Part shown: piece by piece, positions 55,301 through 63,650 of the stretch
How the letters are laid out: every line of letters starts with the position of its first letter
Numbering within the stretch: the first letter of the stretch is position 1
Notes under the pieces: generated by a model
The model's input: the letters and a program-made list of their open reading frames with translations, nothing else
Told to the model about the DNA's origin: nothing
Database searches by the model: none
Translations under genes and position numbers: made by a program
Origin: Trypanosoma brucei
Lineage: Eukaryota
DNA length: 64,000 nt
Direction of reading: 5' to 3'
Assembly: GCA_000002445.1 (NCBI GenBank)
Contig: CP000067.1
Span: 192,001 to 256,000 of the forward strand

Positions 55301-58300
55301 CATCCAAGCGCCCACCGACGTTGCAGCACACGTCCACGTTAGGGGCTGCTGCCGTTTCATTCATAATGCGAACAAACCTCTTATCTAGTTCATTGAACTT
55401 CGCTGACTCCTTCGGTAGTTGTTGGGCTATGTCGTCACTACCCCTAAAGATAGACTCCAAATACTGCCACTTCATTTGCACTACAATCCAGACGGCCATC
55501 ACATCGTTAATCGTGGCCAGTTTCTTTTCCCATAACTTCACCTCATCCATGAACGGTTGCGCCCACTTCACGTTGGCGATGGACTGCATCTTGAGAATGT
55601 TATCATCAACTGCCTCTTGTATCTCGCTCGTGTCGCTGAGGACATGGCACCGCACTTCCCCTTTGCGCGGCTCGTAGGGAACAGATACGAACTCCGCTTT
55701 GAACCAAAACTCCTTCACAGATGTAATATCCTTTTCAACAGCTTGCTCTCTCGCGGCAGATAACACAATACCATCAATTTCATCAGAAAATCGGTACAAC
55801 TCCATTGCAATGAAATCATCCAGAGTAATCTGCTCGACAGCAAACTGCTTCGATGTAACGCGCATTAACTCAACCCAGTGTCGCTGCTTCAGTGCGGGGC
55901 TTTTAAGCTTTGCCAAGAGGGGTAGCGAAGAGTAAAAATTTGCAATAACCTGCTGTACATCCGCAAACGGCTCCACATCACCATGCGTTCTTCCCAAAAC
56001 ACGAGCTTGCTTCACCTTTTCTTCCGTCGTGCTCTGCAAGTCTTCTAGAAGAAGATCCTTCCAACTGCTTCGATTCCAACGCTTCAGAACCGCAACCCAT
56101 TGAACGTACAAGTCATACACAGTTTCAACCTTAGTCAACTCTTCATTGAGCTGTTGCAAATGAGTATGACCTGTGAGAGGTAAATCAAATAACTTTTCTG
56201 CCTTCGTCAGCTGTTCTCTCCTAGCTTGGAGCTGCACAAGATGCTCACGCCACTCCTTCCTGAGGCGGTTACCCTCTTGCAGGTCGATACCAGCACGACC
56301 TGGACCCTTCTTACGGAACTCCTTAAGCACAGCCTTACCTTTTACAAGAAAATTCTCCACCTCGTTGCGCGTGTGCTCTCTAAACTGCATTTTCTTTGGC
56401 TCTAACGCCTTCTCTGTTTCGTGCACTCTCGCCAACGTACACTCCCACAAGTCGTGAAGGTCCATTGCTTGCTTTAACTCACGGGGATCCACAGAAACAC
56501 CGAAGTGCATGATGGACTCGTATATGTACTTGATGTCAATAATGTCCTGTTCTACATCCAAAGAGAAGGCGCGCGCATCGTGCATGACCTCCAAAACAAA
56601 TTTCAAATCCTCAATCTTCTCGCACTGCCTTTCCAAATCCTGGTTGACGCGGATAATGCTGGAGTACCGCTTTTGCATGCGAGCACGAACAGTTTCATTC
56701 AACTGCGCACCTTCCATAGCAATCCACTGATGCACATGCTCTACCAAATCGGAATAGAAGGTACTTTCGTCGCAGCGCATAAAACCAAAGTCGTGAATGT
56801 GCTTCTCAGCATCGAAATCAGCAATCATGTTGAAGTACAGCTGGAACTTCGCATCGTAGTCAATCCAGTGGAACTGGTTCTTTGCCTGCTGTTCCACAGA
56901 AAGTTTCTTGTCGGAAAGATAAACAAATCGATACCTTTGCAACAGTTTGATGTTTGTTGCGAGTGCGGAGAGATGGGTTTGAATTGTTCGGTTGATGATG
57001 GCCTGCAGCCGGTACACCTGAGACAAGTTGTTAATGTCCTGGTAGTATGTGAAGAGTGTTTCGTGCTCTCCCTCAGGGGGCCGCGGTACCAGCTCTCCCT
57101 GTGTAAACTCAATACATGTACCCCGCATCCATCGCCGGAACCGTTGAGTGGATGCAATTATTCCCGCCTGCACCTTGTGAAATGCACTCGTGATTTCCTG
57201 CTGGGGTGGAGAGTAGGTCGGTTCTGTCGTCAAGAATATCATTACCTTAAACAATGGTGGTCGCTTTGCTGATGAAGAACTCACACGGTAACCGAGCATC
57301 TTGGCAAAGGCCACAAGCGAACTAAGCACCATCTTCGTCACGGCCTTCCATATGCGGTGTTCCCAGTGATGGTAGTAACTCTCCAGTAGGAGGCATTTCC
57401 CCGTGTGGGTGCCGACGAGTTGACTCTCCACCTTTGTCAACAGTGGCTTCGCTGTGCTATACGCACGGAGACATCCATCAACTAGGTCTGCACGGCGCCG
57501 CTCTATTGTCTCAACAAGGACCTGCAGTTCCGGCAATTCGCCCCCTGCCTGCAGCAACCGTTCGTACTCGGGCATGAGTCTTGTTGAGCCGATTTTATTT
57601 ACAACCTGTGTCTGGATATGATCGGCTCGCTTGCGCACCTCGCGACTTAGGTTCCGAAATTTGGTGATTGCACGTTCACAATTCAACACGAAGTCAGGAA
57701 TACCCAAACTGGTCCAGTTGATGTCGTGTAGCCCGGGCTCCAGCGCCTGTCGAAGCTCACGGATGTTCCTCGCCAAAATAACACGCTCTGGGCCCTCAAG
57801 TGCATTCTGCAACTCATAGTTGAAGTTCAGTAGCATTGCCTTCAAGGCATCCACATTTGCATGGTACGATTCATCCTGCAGAGTCACATTGAGCGCCTCT
57901 TGTGGTACCTCAAAACCCAGTCGATCCAAATACTTCGCCTCCCTTATCAGGTTGAACAACTCAATATCAAAATTTGTCACATACGTGTTATCACTCTCCT
58001 TCACGATGATATTCATCTTGAGAGAAGCCGTTGTGCCCTGTCGTACACGCTCACCCCACTGCATGAAACGAGAGGTGGCATAATCTTTCATCTGCTGAGC
58101 CACTTCAGCGTACTTTGCTCTCACCTGCTTCCCCATGTGGGTGTTAAGCATCCCCTCCTGTTGGAAGCGGATAATAGGTTTCTTGAGGCGTTGGAACAGT
58201 GAAGTACTCCAGTGAATGGCACCTGCAACGGGAGGTTGATTCTTCGTCAGCGGTGGATTATCTTTCAGTTGCACAAATATATTCCGAACACGATTTACTT

Positions 58301-60137
58301 CGTTGAAAAACTGGGCGAGAATACGGTCAGCCTTCTCCAGAAGGAGCGAAGCAGTGTCAAATGCCTCCCCCACGCGCTGCGGCCGCGAACCAATGCATTT
58401 AAACGAGAGCAGCAGCTCAAAGGCGGACTCGGCGCTGCGCAAATCGTCGTCGAATATCTTGTTTATAAAGTCAGATACCTCACGATCAAGATTGGCCACC
58501 ATATTGACGAAGTTAGAGAACACTAGTTGCCAGTTATGTGTTGCCTTCCTTTCGAAGGGGTCAAAAGTAAGAGACTCGAAAGGTCGCTTGACTCTTTCCA
58601 CATCCTTCAGGATACGCTCGATTCCACTCGTGTCCGTCAGTACTGTTTTTAACTGGGCGCCAAGAACCATTGTGTAGTATTCCACAGTCTCTATTACCTC
58701 TAGTAAGTCTGTGCACCGATCGGACATGTAATCTGTGGTTTCAAACAAACGTTTTTGGTTGAAGTTCCACGGCTGCTCGCGCTCACTGGAGTTAATTTCC
58801 TCCTGGGTGCCAAGGTATGCCGCCTTCCACTTCAGAAGGCATTGCTGTCCCTCGGTAACTACGGCCTTGGCCTCTGCGAATGGTAGACTCAGTATTCTGT
58901 GAAAGTCAATGTGCTGCGAGACCTTCTGGGATATTAATTTCGCAACCTTCTCTAGAAGTCCAACCATGCGCTCCTCCGTGCAGTAGTAACGAGAAATAAT
59001 CCACACCATCCGCACGCCAGTCATCATAGATGAAAGCGTGTCAATAATGGGTTGTAACGAGCCAGTCACAGGCGTCACACCGTGTAGCGTTCGAAAGTGG
59101 CGATCTAGGGTACCAAGGAACTTCACGTTATCTTTAGCCTCCGCGTAGTAGCGGAAAAACTGTTGAATCGTCGAAGATATAAGGTGGTAAGAGTTACACT
59201 CAGCCTCCTTGGCTACTTTCATAATTAATTTCGCTTCTGGGGAGTTGATCTGCTCATAAAGAGCACTGATAGTGCTGTACTTCTCACGCCAATATTCAAT
59301 CTCTCCCAATGGCCCCTCCTTCTGTGGATCAAGGGACATAGCCAAGCTGATTTCTGCTTGCCACTGCCCGACCGTAATATCCACCTGTCGAATGATATCT
59401 TCGTTTGCAAGAACAGAACTGATGCCTGCATCAGAGTTATCCATTGACAACAACATCTGTGGAATCATGAGGCGGCGCTCAGCACAAACCTGGCTTCGGA
59501 ACCCCGTCATTTGCATTTCAATTCGTTGCACCCAATTTAGCACTTCTGTATACAGATACTTGTTTACAGCCTTCTTTGTGGCGATGAACCTAGTTTTTCC
59601 CGATTCAGCTTCCACATCCTCCACGAGGGGTTTGTAGACGTGTTTCAGTAGTTTCAAGAATGTAACCAACGACGGTACGATCATGCCTGAGACTTCAAAT
59701 GCCTTATGGATAGGACACTGTGGATCTGTTTTCCAGTCCTTTACCACCTCCCGTGGCAATTTTACATACTCCATACGAACAAAAAATACACATCTAGTGC
59801 GGTCTTGCGGAAAATTGGCAGAGTCGGTGATGTTCGTGTTTACAACTGCGTCAGTTGTAACTGCAAGCTTTACTCGGTTGCCACCGGTACCCTCTTGTCG
59901 CCCCATAGTAAGCGTCTCCTGCCGATTTTCCGTTGGTAAGGCCTCGGTAGCTGTGACAGCAATGAATGACTCACGTTCGGTGTCGAACACAGTGAGGATT
60001 TGTTGTAATGCTACCTCGTCATTGAATAAAGTTTGGATAGCAGCGTCACTTACGCCCCAGAGGCAGCCCTTCACGCGCGAAGCGAACCACTCCAGGCGGG
60101 GGTCGTCCCCGTAATCCATCTCTTCATTCCCGTTCAT
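46338..60137 (-). CDS. Dynein heavy chain (about 4600 aa), axonemal type (outer-arm or large inner-arm class)
   Basis: True ATG at 60135-60137 (MNGNEEMDYGDDPRLEWF...); the track ORF extends 96 codons further upstream. Four P-loops: AAA1 GPAGTGKTESVKDLAKAM (about 54403-54426), AAA2 GPTGGGKS (about 53566-53589), AAA3 GKSGTAKT (about 52524-52547), AAA4 GVGGSGKQS (about 51440-51463). A coiled-coil stalk follows AAA4, then AAA5/6 and a C-terminal domain. The DLAKAx after P-loop 1 is the axonemal rather than cytoplasmic-dynein-1 signature. Confidence 0.9.
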   Translation of the reverse strand: MNGNEEMDYGDDPRLEWFASRVKGCLWGVSDAAIQTLFNDEVALQQILTVFDTERESFIAVTATEALPTENRQETLTMGRQEGTGGNRVKLAVTTDAVVNTNITDSANFPQDRTRCVFFVRMEYVKLPREVVKDWKTDPQCPIHKAFEVSGMIVPSLVTFLKLLKHVYKPLVEDVEAESGKTRFIATKKAVNKYLYTEVLNWVQRIEMQMTGFRSQVCAERRLMIPQMLLSMDNSDAGISSVLANEDIIRQVDITVGQWQAEISLAMSLDPQKEGPLGEIEYWREKYSTISALYEQINSPEAKLIMKVAKEAECNSYHLISSTIQQFFRYYAEAKDNVKFLGTLDRHFRTLHGVTPVTGSLQPIIDTLSSMMTGVRMVWIISRYYCTEERMVGLLEKVAKLISQKVSQHIDFHRILSLPFAEAKAVVTEGQQCLLKWKAAYLGTQEEINSSEREQPWNFNQKRLFETTDYMSDRCTDLLEVIETVEYYTMVLGAQLKTVLTDTSGIERILKDVERVKRPFESLTFDPFERKATHNWQLVFSNFVNMVANLDREVSDFINKIFDDDLRSAESAFELLLSFKCIGSRPQRVGEAFDTASLLLEKADRILAQFFNEVNRVRNIFVQLKDNPPLTKNQPPVAGAIHWSTSLFQRLKKPIIRFQQEGMLNTHMGKQVRAKYAEVAQQMKDYATSRFMQWGERVRQGTTASLKMNIIVKESDNTYVTNFDIELFNLIREAKYLDRLGFEVPQEALNVTLQDESYHANVDALKAMLLNFNYELQNALEGPERVILARNIRELRQALEPGLHDINWTSLGIPDFVLNCERAITKFRNLSREVRKRADHIQTQVVNKIGSTRLMPEYERLLQAGGELPELQVLVETIERRRADLVDGCLRAYSTAKPLLTKVESQLVGTHTGKCLLLESYYHHWEHRIWKAVTKMVLSSLVAFAKMLGYRVSSSSAKRPPLFKVMIFLTTEPTYSPPQQEITSAFHKVQAGIIASTQRFRRWMRGTCIEFTQGELVPRPPEGEHETLFTYYQDINNLSQVYRLQAIINRTIQTHLSALATNIKLLQRYRFVYLSDKKLSVEQQAKNQFHWIDYDAKFQLYFNMIADFDAEKHIHDFGFMRCDESTFYSDLVEHVHQWIAMEGAQLNETVRARMQKRYSSIIRVNQDLERQCEKIEDLKFVLEVMHDARAFSLDVEQDIIDIKYIYESIMHFGVSVDPRELKQAMDLHDLWECTLARVHETEKALEPKKMQFREHTRNEVENFLVKGKAVLKEFRKKGPGRAGIDLQEGNRLRKEWREHLVQLQARREQLTKAEKLFDLPLTGHTHLQQLNEELTKVETVYDLYVQWVAVLKRWNRSSWKDLLLEDLQSTTEEKVKQARVLGRTHGDVEPFADVQQVIANFYSSLPLLAKLKSPALKQRHWVELMRVTSKQFAVEQITLDDFIAMELYRFSDEIDGIVLSAAREQAVEKDITSVKEFWFKAEFVSVPYEPRKGEVRCHVLSDTSEIQEAVDDNILKMQSIANVKWAQPFMDEVKLWEKKLATINDVMAVWIVVQMKWQYLESIFRGSDDIAQQLPKESAKFNELDKRFVRIMNETAAAPNVDVCCNVGGRLDEFRYLEEKLEECQKDLSNFLETKRRMFPRFYFISDDELLSILAANRARAVQDHMLKMFDNSARIIFKNEDDDTVCGVESQEGERLNFDRQVRTEDTPVEEWLQAVLDETHASLHDLLKGGVYYYPRMPRLDWVKKNHGMVTLTGAKIWWTFEVEDSFNAVKKGKKNAVKDLSGKLTRQLIDLVGEMDKDIDKQYAKKINTLIIVDVHGRDIVDRFVRDSITDVREFDWESQLRFYWERDGDTCAIRQCTGHFKYGYEYMGLNGRLVITPLTDRCFMTLTQALSFYLGGAPGGPAGTGKTESVKDLAKAMSIHCVVFNCGEGLDYKAMGTIFSGLSQSGSWGCFDEFNRIELPVLSVVSEQLRSIQSALKTREKEFLFGDTMIRLVPTVGVFITMNPGYAGRVELPDNLKALFRPVVMVVPDMELIAENMLFSEGFATARELAKKMVTLYQLARGQLSKQHHYDWGLRALKAVLAMAGQLKRGAPDLSEEAVLMRALRDMNTPKFVAEDEPLFKGLIGDLFPGLDPTRAPQENLSRAATKVFKDKGFYIDAKQVDKVVQLYETMQTRHTSMVVGPTGGGKSTVIDCLCKSQTQLGLPTKLFVVNPKAQPTTVLYGVMDPMTRSWADGIFSNIFRAINRPVEGGERERRYVVFDGDVDAKWVEDMNSVMDDNKLLTLPNGERIRLLPTSSLLFEVGDLQYASPATVSRVGMVFLDPINLGWKPFMHSWKLNRPRDELETLNELIDKYIEPLINFVLEGIDGEEISDPPKAVIPTSDLNMVRQLTTLIDTVSSQKTSLEPKALQCVFIFCSVWSFGALITTEEDRLRFDKFLKKITGWNMQDVGDKFLTRFVGSGSLPERKTMYDYFFDLEDNRWKPWHVLVCPFERPPGAKFGSLLVGTPDTERNMWLLNKIVLNRTPVMLVGKSGTAKTVTIQTYLRQLKQKSLEMDTDGDVHLEEMILEMNFSSRTTSLDAQRAMEDNIEKRTNTVLGPPAKKRLVVFIDDINMPKVDLYGTQQPIAFLKLLIEHQSWYDRKDLLFKNVRDTQFVSAMAPPGGGRNALDPRFVSLFTVFNVLFPSDESINTIYGQILTDAYKSMSKEVADMSIPLTTMTLNLYQRLFVSLPATPAKFHYIFNLRDFSRVYEGLCRATPEKFPTRQSVVRLWRNEIYRVFVDRMSDEDDKGFVSRAVEEEIRRHFPDVAESAIADPLMFGDFGDFVVDSEDPRKHIYEDFGAEYSKARQLVEAMLDEVNTPTKKMDLVMFDMALDHLLRITRVISLPRGNCLLVGVGGSGKQSLTRLAAAICQMEVFEVVLSRNYNEDCFREDLKRLYTRVGVQQKQVVFLFMDSHVKEEGFLELINNMLASGMVPALFTEEEKEPLYNSVLRELEANKLAPSKDNKWTAFVSRCRDNLHVVLSMSPSGEVLRTRCRSFPALINNTTIDWFQKWPPQALEAVGTRILQSEDLPEEVKASIVNHVVYVHVTADDLSARYQMELKRYNYVTPKNFLGFLANYSKLLTTRREDIDDLVKKFAIGLERLDHAQEDVKVLQEELAEKEVTLREKQDINERMTSEIKDQKTRNEKRKAEALVMEEELNVQNEEIERESAQAQEVLALAMPALEEATEAVKHINPKSITELKSFAKPPASVVAVVRMVCVVKGVPATWESGRTMMGQNDFIRSLVDIDSLAGTLNQGKINEINRILKEFPVNSNDLKKVSLAASGLMIWVEAMKAYWNTAKEVLPKQARVRELQDAKAKAERQLAACQDEIQDLTAGLRMLEERLEAGMSEARRLQQEKALMERRLNAARKLLDGFGSERVRWAEQKETLGDVRNRLVGDCLAGAAFLSYLGAFTFSYRQEALESVWLKDIRERNIPLSEGFTIQHLLTDEVSISQWASDGLPSDDLSVQNGILTTMSTQPPGRGKKAGRVRFPLCIDPQMQAVNWIKRQHKSNPRFECASFSDADFLKRLEFAIQYGNPFLFEGVDEFIDPIIDSVLDPQFRHDSGQLVIRLGDKDVVWDSNFKLYLCTKLPNPEYPAEVFGKTMVINYGVTEDGLESQLLNFVVASERSDLQRQSEDLVQTMAESRAQLKELEDTLIRELTLATGNILDNDELIATLENTKSSATEVQQKLEQAKETARVTELSRQEYRPAARRGAVLYFVISELSVINSMYEYSLSAFLHDVFGYSITKSDASFEIKDRLRNIIRALTYNLYCYVCMGIFEKDKLMLSFQMAIRLLTQENQMVHSELEFFLRGCVLASKDYPPHTVEWMSERQWNDLCKLAHTCEVFENVCDDVVNNSEEWRVWATADRPEDPSNPLPSGYSERITEFQLLCLLRCFRHDRIYTAVSNFVSNCELLGEEYVIPPILSYKDVLDKSSSTSPIVCIVSPGANPTDEIIKLATKEVGIQKLRPISLGQGQGEEAMKLVEVGVGRGHWVLLQNCHLLTTWMKELEKVIERMNQTPPQEEFRLWLTTEPSRDFPMGILQRSLKVVNEPPNGLKMNMKNTLSKVTEDQLEECPHSAFRPLVFALAFFHAVVQERRKYGKIGWNVVYDFNETDFSVSMRLLDTYLAKAHQNDDPIPWDTLRYLVGEVMYGGRVTDSMDRRIVKTYLEEYFGDFLFDTFQSFHFFKNDVVDYCLPADSNDVNKRVLLQQMMAHVEAFPKDNTPEVFGLHPNAETGYLRNAVDGMWASLIEMMPRSVRAATGGGESREEVLLKLTEEILAQIPEPLDRKSIMRSEKEKAAESGHENLQPTQVVLLQEIERWNRLVVVIVLSLKELQKALSGIIGMSSELDELATSLHNGHLPSSWRRYAPATRKKLVRWLAHFQKRCKQYVDWATHGEPKCMWLTGLMVPESYISALVQVTCRRYKWPLDRSSVVMSVTRYLSPNDVKERPKDGAYVCGLFIEGARWDTERHCLAPQVKKVLTAEMPVMQIIPMEVSKIKAVSVLKTPVYVTSERRNAAGVGLVLEADLKTDTHASLWTLESVALILDSDE

Positions 60138-60151
60138 ATGAATAATATAAC

Positions 60152-60205
60152 TTCTGAAGTATGAGAGGAAAACCAAAAAAAAAAGCAACAAAACCAACGC
60201 GATTG
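60152..60205 (-). promoter_or_regulatory. Polypyrimidine tract plus AG trans-splice acceptor region upstream of the dynein heavy-chain ATG
   Basis: The minus strand reads ...ttgttgcttttttttttggttttcctctcatacttcAGaagttatattattcATG. Long U/C run then AG about 18 nt before the start codon. Confidence 0.45.
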
Positions 60206-60446
60206 TTTCACGTGGCAGCGGAGGTCGGCGGAGCAAACGTGTGCGCACTGAGAAGCAGTGAGGAAGAAATAAAGTAGTACAGACACACACTAAACAAAAA
60301 GCGAAAGGGAAATAAACAAAGCCATTATGGGGGCGTGAACAAAGGGAATCATAATCTACACATCTCAACGGTTCCATCTCCTCTTTTTTGCGCCACACCG
60401 CTGTAGTTAATGACCCATGCTCCACCAGGACTAATGTATTGTTCCA

Positions 60447-62363
60447 TCATGTAGCCGCTGAAAAAGTCATTCCAAGGGAAACATCGTAGAGTAGCTTTTC
60501 CTCGGGATTAGAAAGAACTTCATGTGCCCTGCTAACACGCTTAAATTTTTCCAGTGCAGCCTCTTGCATACCTGGTGACTCGCCAATAACCCGATCCGGG
60601 TGATACTTCAGGGTGAGTTTTTTATACTGAGACCGGACATCATCAATGGTAGCTCCAAAGGGAAGCTCTAAGGCGTCATACAAGGTCATCGAATTCATCG
60701 TCCGAACTACTGGCGTCGAGTTTTCCTTCTCTGTCTTCTCAAAAGGATCGGTTGCGAAATCATCCTTTCTCAAAAAGGCATCATACCACCGGGGTATGCA
60801 CCTTTTTTGCCCATTTCGTGGCTGTGAGGAGCCATTTGCTTCCATCTTAGGAAGCGACTGCTCCTCATCACCACGCAAGATGTGGCTCAACTCTGGATCA
60901 AACTTTACGGCAGTCAGTCTATCCAGAGCAGCTTCGGCTCGGCAACCCAACTGGTAGTGCGCCTCTGCACGGCATGCGTAGGCCTTCGCACAACTGGGGT
61001 CCATATCAATGGCGGAGGTGCAGTCATCAACAGCATTGTTATACCTGCCACAATGGCTATGCACCTCTGCACGCATGCAATACAAGTGTGCGCACATCAA
61101 ACGGTTGGATTTGTCCAACCCTAAACCCTCATTAATGTGAGGAATGGCGTCTACGTACCTTTTCTTACCGAATAAATCCGCCACCCGAACAAGAACCTCC
61201 TCGAGTGATACGAGATAATACCCGAGCACAAGGGCTGGGCCGAAACCAGGGCTGAGTGTCAGGCACGTTTGCACGAGAGCAGCGGCGAACTCTAGATATT
61301 TGCTTCCACAATATACATTTGCTTGTGCCAACACAACCGATGCCTGAACGTAGTGCTCATTTACACTCCGCCAAACTGCTTGTTCTTCCAATGATACGTC
61401 CATACGGAGCGACGTTGGGCGAGGTATGGTCGGCACATATTCCATCAGAAGTGTTCGTGCTGCAGTTGGGGACACGTACAGCAGTGCTCTCGCTTCCAAA
61501 AGTATCAGCGGCGTATCGTCGATAAGGGGCCGCGCGGCATCCGAGGAACATAACGCCTCCTTCCACTTCTTTTCTTCAATACAGGAGCGGAACTTCTGCA
61601 ACACCGGCAGGGCGGTACACTCCGCCGTCCATTTGACATTGTGTGGATCATCCGCTGACGGAGCGAGCTCTTTCAGCCCATAGTCATACCAGCGCCATGC
61701 GTCCCGATATCTCTCACGGACGACTAACGAACGACAGAGGAGACTCAACATATCTTTGTCTGTATCGATGCCCCTGCGAGCGTCTTCAATACATTCGTCA
61801 AAGAGCAACAGGTGCCAGTCGCATATCGCGCGCCGGCAGTGGGCCGTTTTTGAATTTGGATGTTGTCTGATGATACGGCTGAAGCAAACGTGGGCACCAG
61901 CGTAGTCCTTAGAGGCAAGCAGCCGCATCCCACGGCTCTCCAACTCCATGGATGGGAGCACCTTTTCGGCAGAACCCCCTCCCATAGCTCGAAGAATACA
62001 TCTCCACTGGATGTTCTCATTAGCAACTATCAAACGACGACATGACCCTTCCTCATTGGCTGTTTGCCAAAGGGCCGCCGTCAAGTCCTTCAGTGTTCCT
62101 CCAGGAGAGCGAGAAAGTACTGACTTTTGCGTCTCTTGGTTTCCCTTCATGCGATGTTTAAATTCCCACTGCGGGTACTCACTAGGGGCCACTCTACTCA
62201 TTGGTTTATTTCGCTTCTTCTGTGTCCTCACCGGCCGCTGAGGATGCCGGACAGAGTTCATTTCAGGTTTTTTCTGTGGTTTCCCTCCGCTGATATTTGG
62301 GAACAGAGTGCCACTAGATGTTATTGTCTCCGCAAAGCAAGGCAGTTGGATATGGTGACTCAT
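60447..62363 (-). CDS. TPR-repeat DnaJ (J-domain) co-chaperone, DNAJC3/DNAJC7-like
   Basis: The track start is TTG; the first ATG is 62361-63 (MSHHIQLP...). Multiple TPR-like helical hairpins (e.g. AHCRRAICDW..., CAKAYACRAEAHYQLGCRAEAALDRLTAV). The C-terminal J domain has LYDALELPFGATIDDVRSQYKKLTLKYHPDRV...KFKRVSRAHEVLSNPEEKLLYD, with the HPD motif present. Confidence 0.8.
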   Translation of the reverse strand: MSHHIQLPCFAETITSSGTLFPNISGGKPQKKPEMNSVRHPQRPVRTQKKRNKPMSRVAPSEYPQWEFKHRMKGNQETQKSVLSRSPGGTLKDLTAALWQTANEEGSCRRLIVANENIQWRCILRAMGGGSAEKVLPSMELESRGMRLLASKDYAGAHVCFSRIIRQHPNSKTAHCRRAICDWHLLLFDECIEDARRGIDTDKDMLSLLCRSLVVRERYRDAWRWYDYGLKELAPSADDPHNVKWTAECTALPVLQKFRSCIEEKKWKEALCSSDAARPLIDDTPLILLEARALLYVSPTAARTLLMEYVPTIPRPTSLRMDVSLEEQAVWRSVNEHYVQASVVLAQANVYCGSKYLEFAAALVQTCLTLSPGFGPALVLGYYLVSLEEVLVRVADLFGKKRYVDAIPHINEGLGLDKSNRLMCAHLYCMRAEVHSHCGRYNNAVDDCTSAIDMDPSCAKAYACRAEAHYQLGCRAEAALDRLTAVKFDPELSHILRGDEEQSLPKMEANGSSQPRNGQKRCIPRWYDAFLRKDDFATDPFEKTEKENSTPVVRTMNSMTLYDALELPFGATIDDVRSQYKKLTLKYHPDRVIGESPGMQEAALEKFKRVSRAHEVLSNPEEKLLYDVSLGMTFSAAT

Positions 62364-63302
62364 GGCGCCCACGTGCAAGCTCCTCCGATGGCTGAAAGAA
62401 CCGCAGTGCGGGAGGGCCTTTCTATTTCCTGTCAGGGTAAGGAAACAAAGTATTTAGAAAAAAAAAGAATTAGTAAAACAGCAATGAAAACTGATAAATC
62501 CAACATAACCCAAGTGAATTAAGTGAGTTAGCTAAGCCACAAAAAGCGCCTAAGACCATGTAAGGAGAGTAGTGAACGACCTATTTCCACCAGAAGTCGC
62601 GCGCCGCTCACGAGGGGGGGGACCCACCCACTAACGTCCTGTCGGGTGAATGGAGTTTAAAAAAAAAAAAGCGAAGACCAGCGTTGATAAAACGAAAGAT
62701 TTTTTTTTAACGAAAGAAAAAGTGTGAGAACAAAAGATCTCTGTCAAAAAAAAATCCCACTTTAGGCTATAACATCTACGCCGAAACCCGTAGTCCCTCA
62801 TCCAAAGCACAAAAATGGAGAACGGCCCTTAGCGTTCCCGAGTTAGAATTGAAGTTCAGAAATGTGCAAGAGAACCATACACCCTCCGCAACCATTCTCC
62901 GCTTCGACGCTTGACCTGTACTCATTAACAACAAAAGTGACAGCACACAACACCGGGCCCCTTGCCGATGTCACAACCAAAAGTACCGCCGCCATCTTAT
63001 GCTCTTTTTGCCCCTCAGTATGGCAGCTCATTACCATCCGTAAATCGACGTAAACCCACACACACAAATGCACCACCTTTTCTCTGTCGTTTACTCCTTC
63101 ATCTTATTTGTCTCAAGCAGCCAGTTTTTCTCCTCCTCCATTTTCTCAGCCCACAGTCTTTCAACCCCTTGCCGTCCCAACCAGAACCACACAGGTTGCA
63201 ACAACGTGAAGCAAACATCCTCCCGCCCAGACGTGCACGCACACCTTCCAGCAGCGCGCGAATTCCTCAGCGTGTTGTCATTAGAAGAAAAAAAGAGAAT
63301 AT

Positions 63303-63650
63303 TTACTTCTTTGGCTTCTTACGGGAACGGTGCGCACCAAATCCCTTTCCGTCGCCCCTACCGTCCAGATCGCTGGGAAGCAGCTTGCCCATTTTCATCA
63401 ACGGCGGACAGCAGCGCAGCGCGTCGGGAAGTTGGAAAAAAACAATGTTTGTTCCACACACCAACACCTTCGGCATATCCACCTCCCGTCCCGCCATCGT
63501 CGTCTTGCGGGCGGAGGTCAGTAACACGCCCATATTGTCCACCACCTCGCTAAGCGTACCGGTGTAAAGCTCCCCATTTTTTAACTCCAACGACACGGTG
63601 GTGCCGACAGCATCGGACAGCACCTTCAGCGGGAGCCCCTCCGTGTTCAT
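63303..63650 (-). CDS. SmD3: Small nuclear ribonucleoprotein SmD3
   Basis: ATG at 63648-63650. GLPLKVLSDAVGTTVSLELKNGELYTGTLSEVVDNMGVLLTSARKTT...KVLVCGTNIVFFQLPDALRCCPPLMK matches the Sm1/Sm2 motifs of SmD3 (human: [43 protein letters not shown]...[25 protein letters not shown]). The basic GRGDGKGFG...RKKPKK tail also fits. Confidence 0.8.
   Translation of the reverse strand: MNTEGLPLKVLSDAVGTTVSLELKNGELYTGTLSEVVDNMGVLLTSARKTTMAGREVDMPKVLVCGTNIVFFQLPDALRCCPPLMKMGKLLPSDLDGRGDGKGFGAHRSRKKPKK

Noticed and set aside
56505-57272. 255-aa plus-strand ORF (and many other 60-250 aa plus-strand ORFs, e.g. 37396-38097, 23580-24122, 62962-63567, 12012-12437)
   Set aside because: All lie antisense inside strongly supported minus-strand genes (dynein, glycoprotein, HECT, SmD3, UfSP). 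Their protein sequences are composition artefacts with no motifs, and the polycistron has no other plus-strand gene.
60138-60425. N-terminal extensions of track ORFs (dynein +96 codons; TOR +23; PDK +10; 4848-5690 poly-Leu; 44536-45717 +93; 11012-11554 +75)
   Set aside because: The track calls TTG/GTG as starts. The extensions run through pyrimidine or microsatellite tracts and give low-complexity peptides (poly-L, FLLF...). I checked the first in-frame ATG in the sequence for each and used those.
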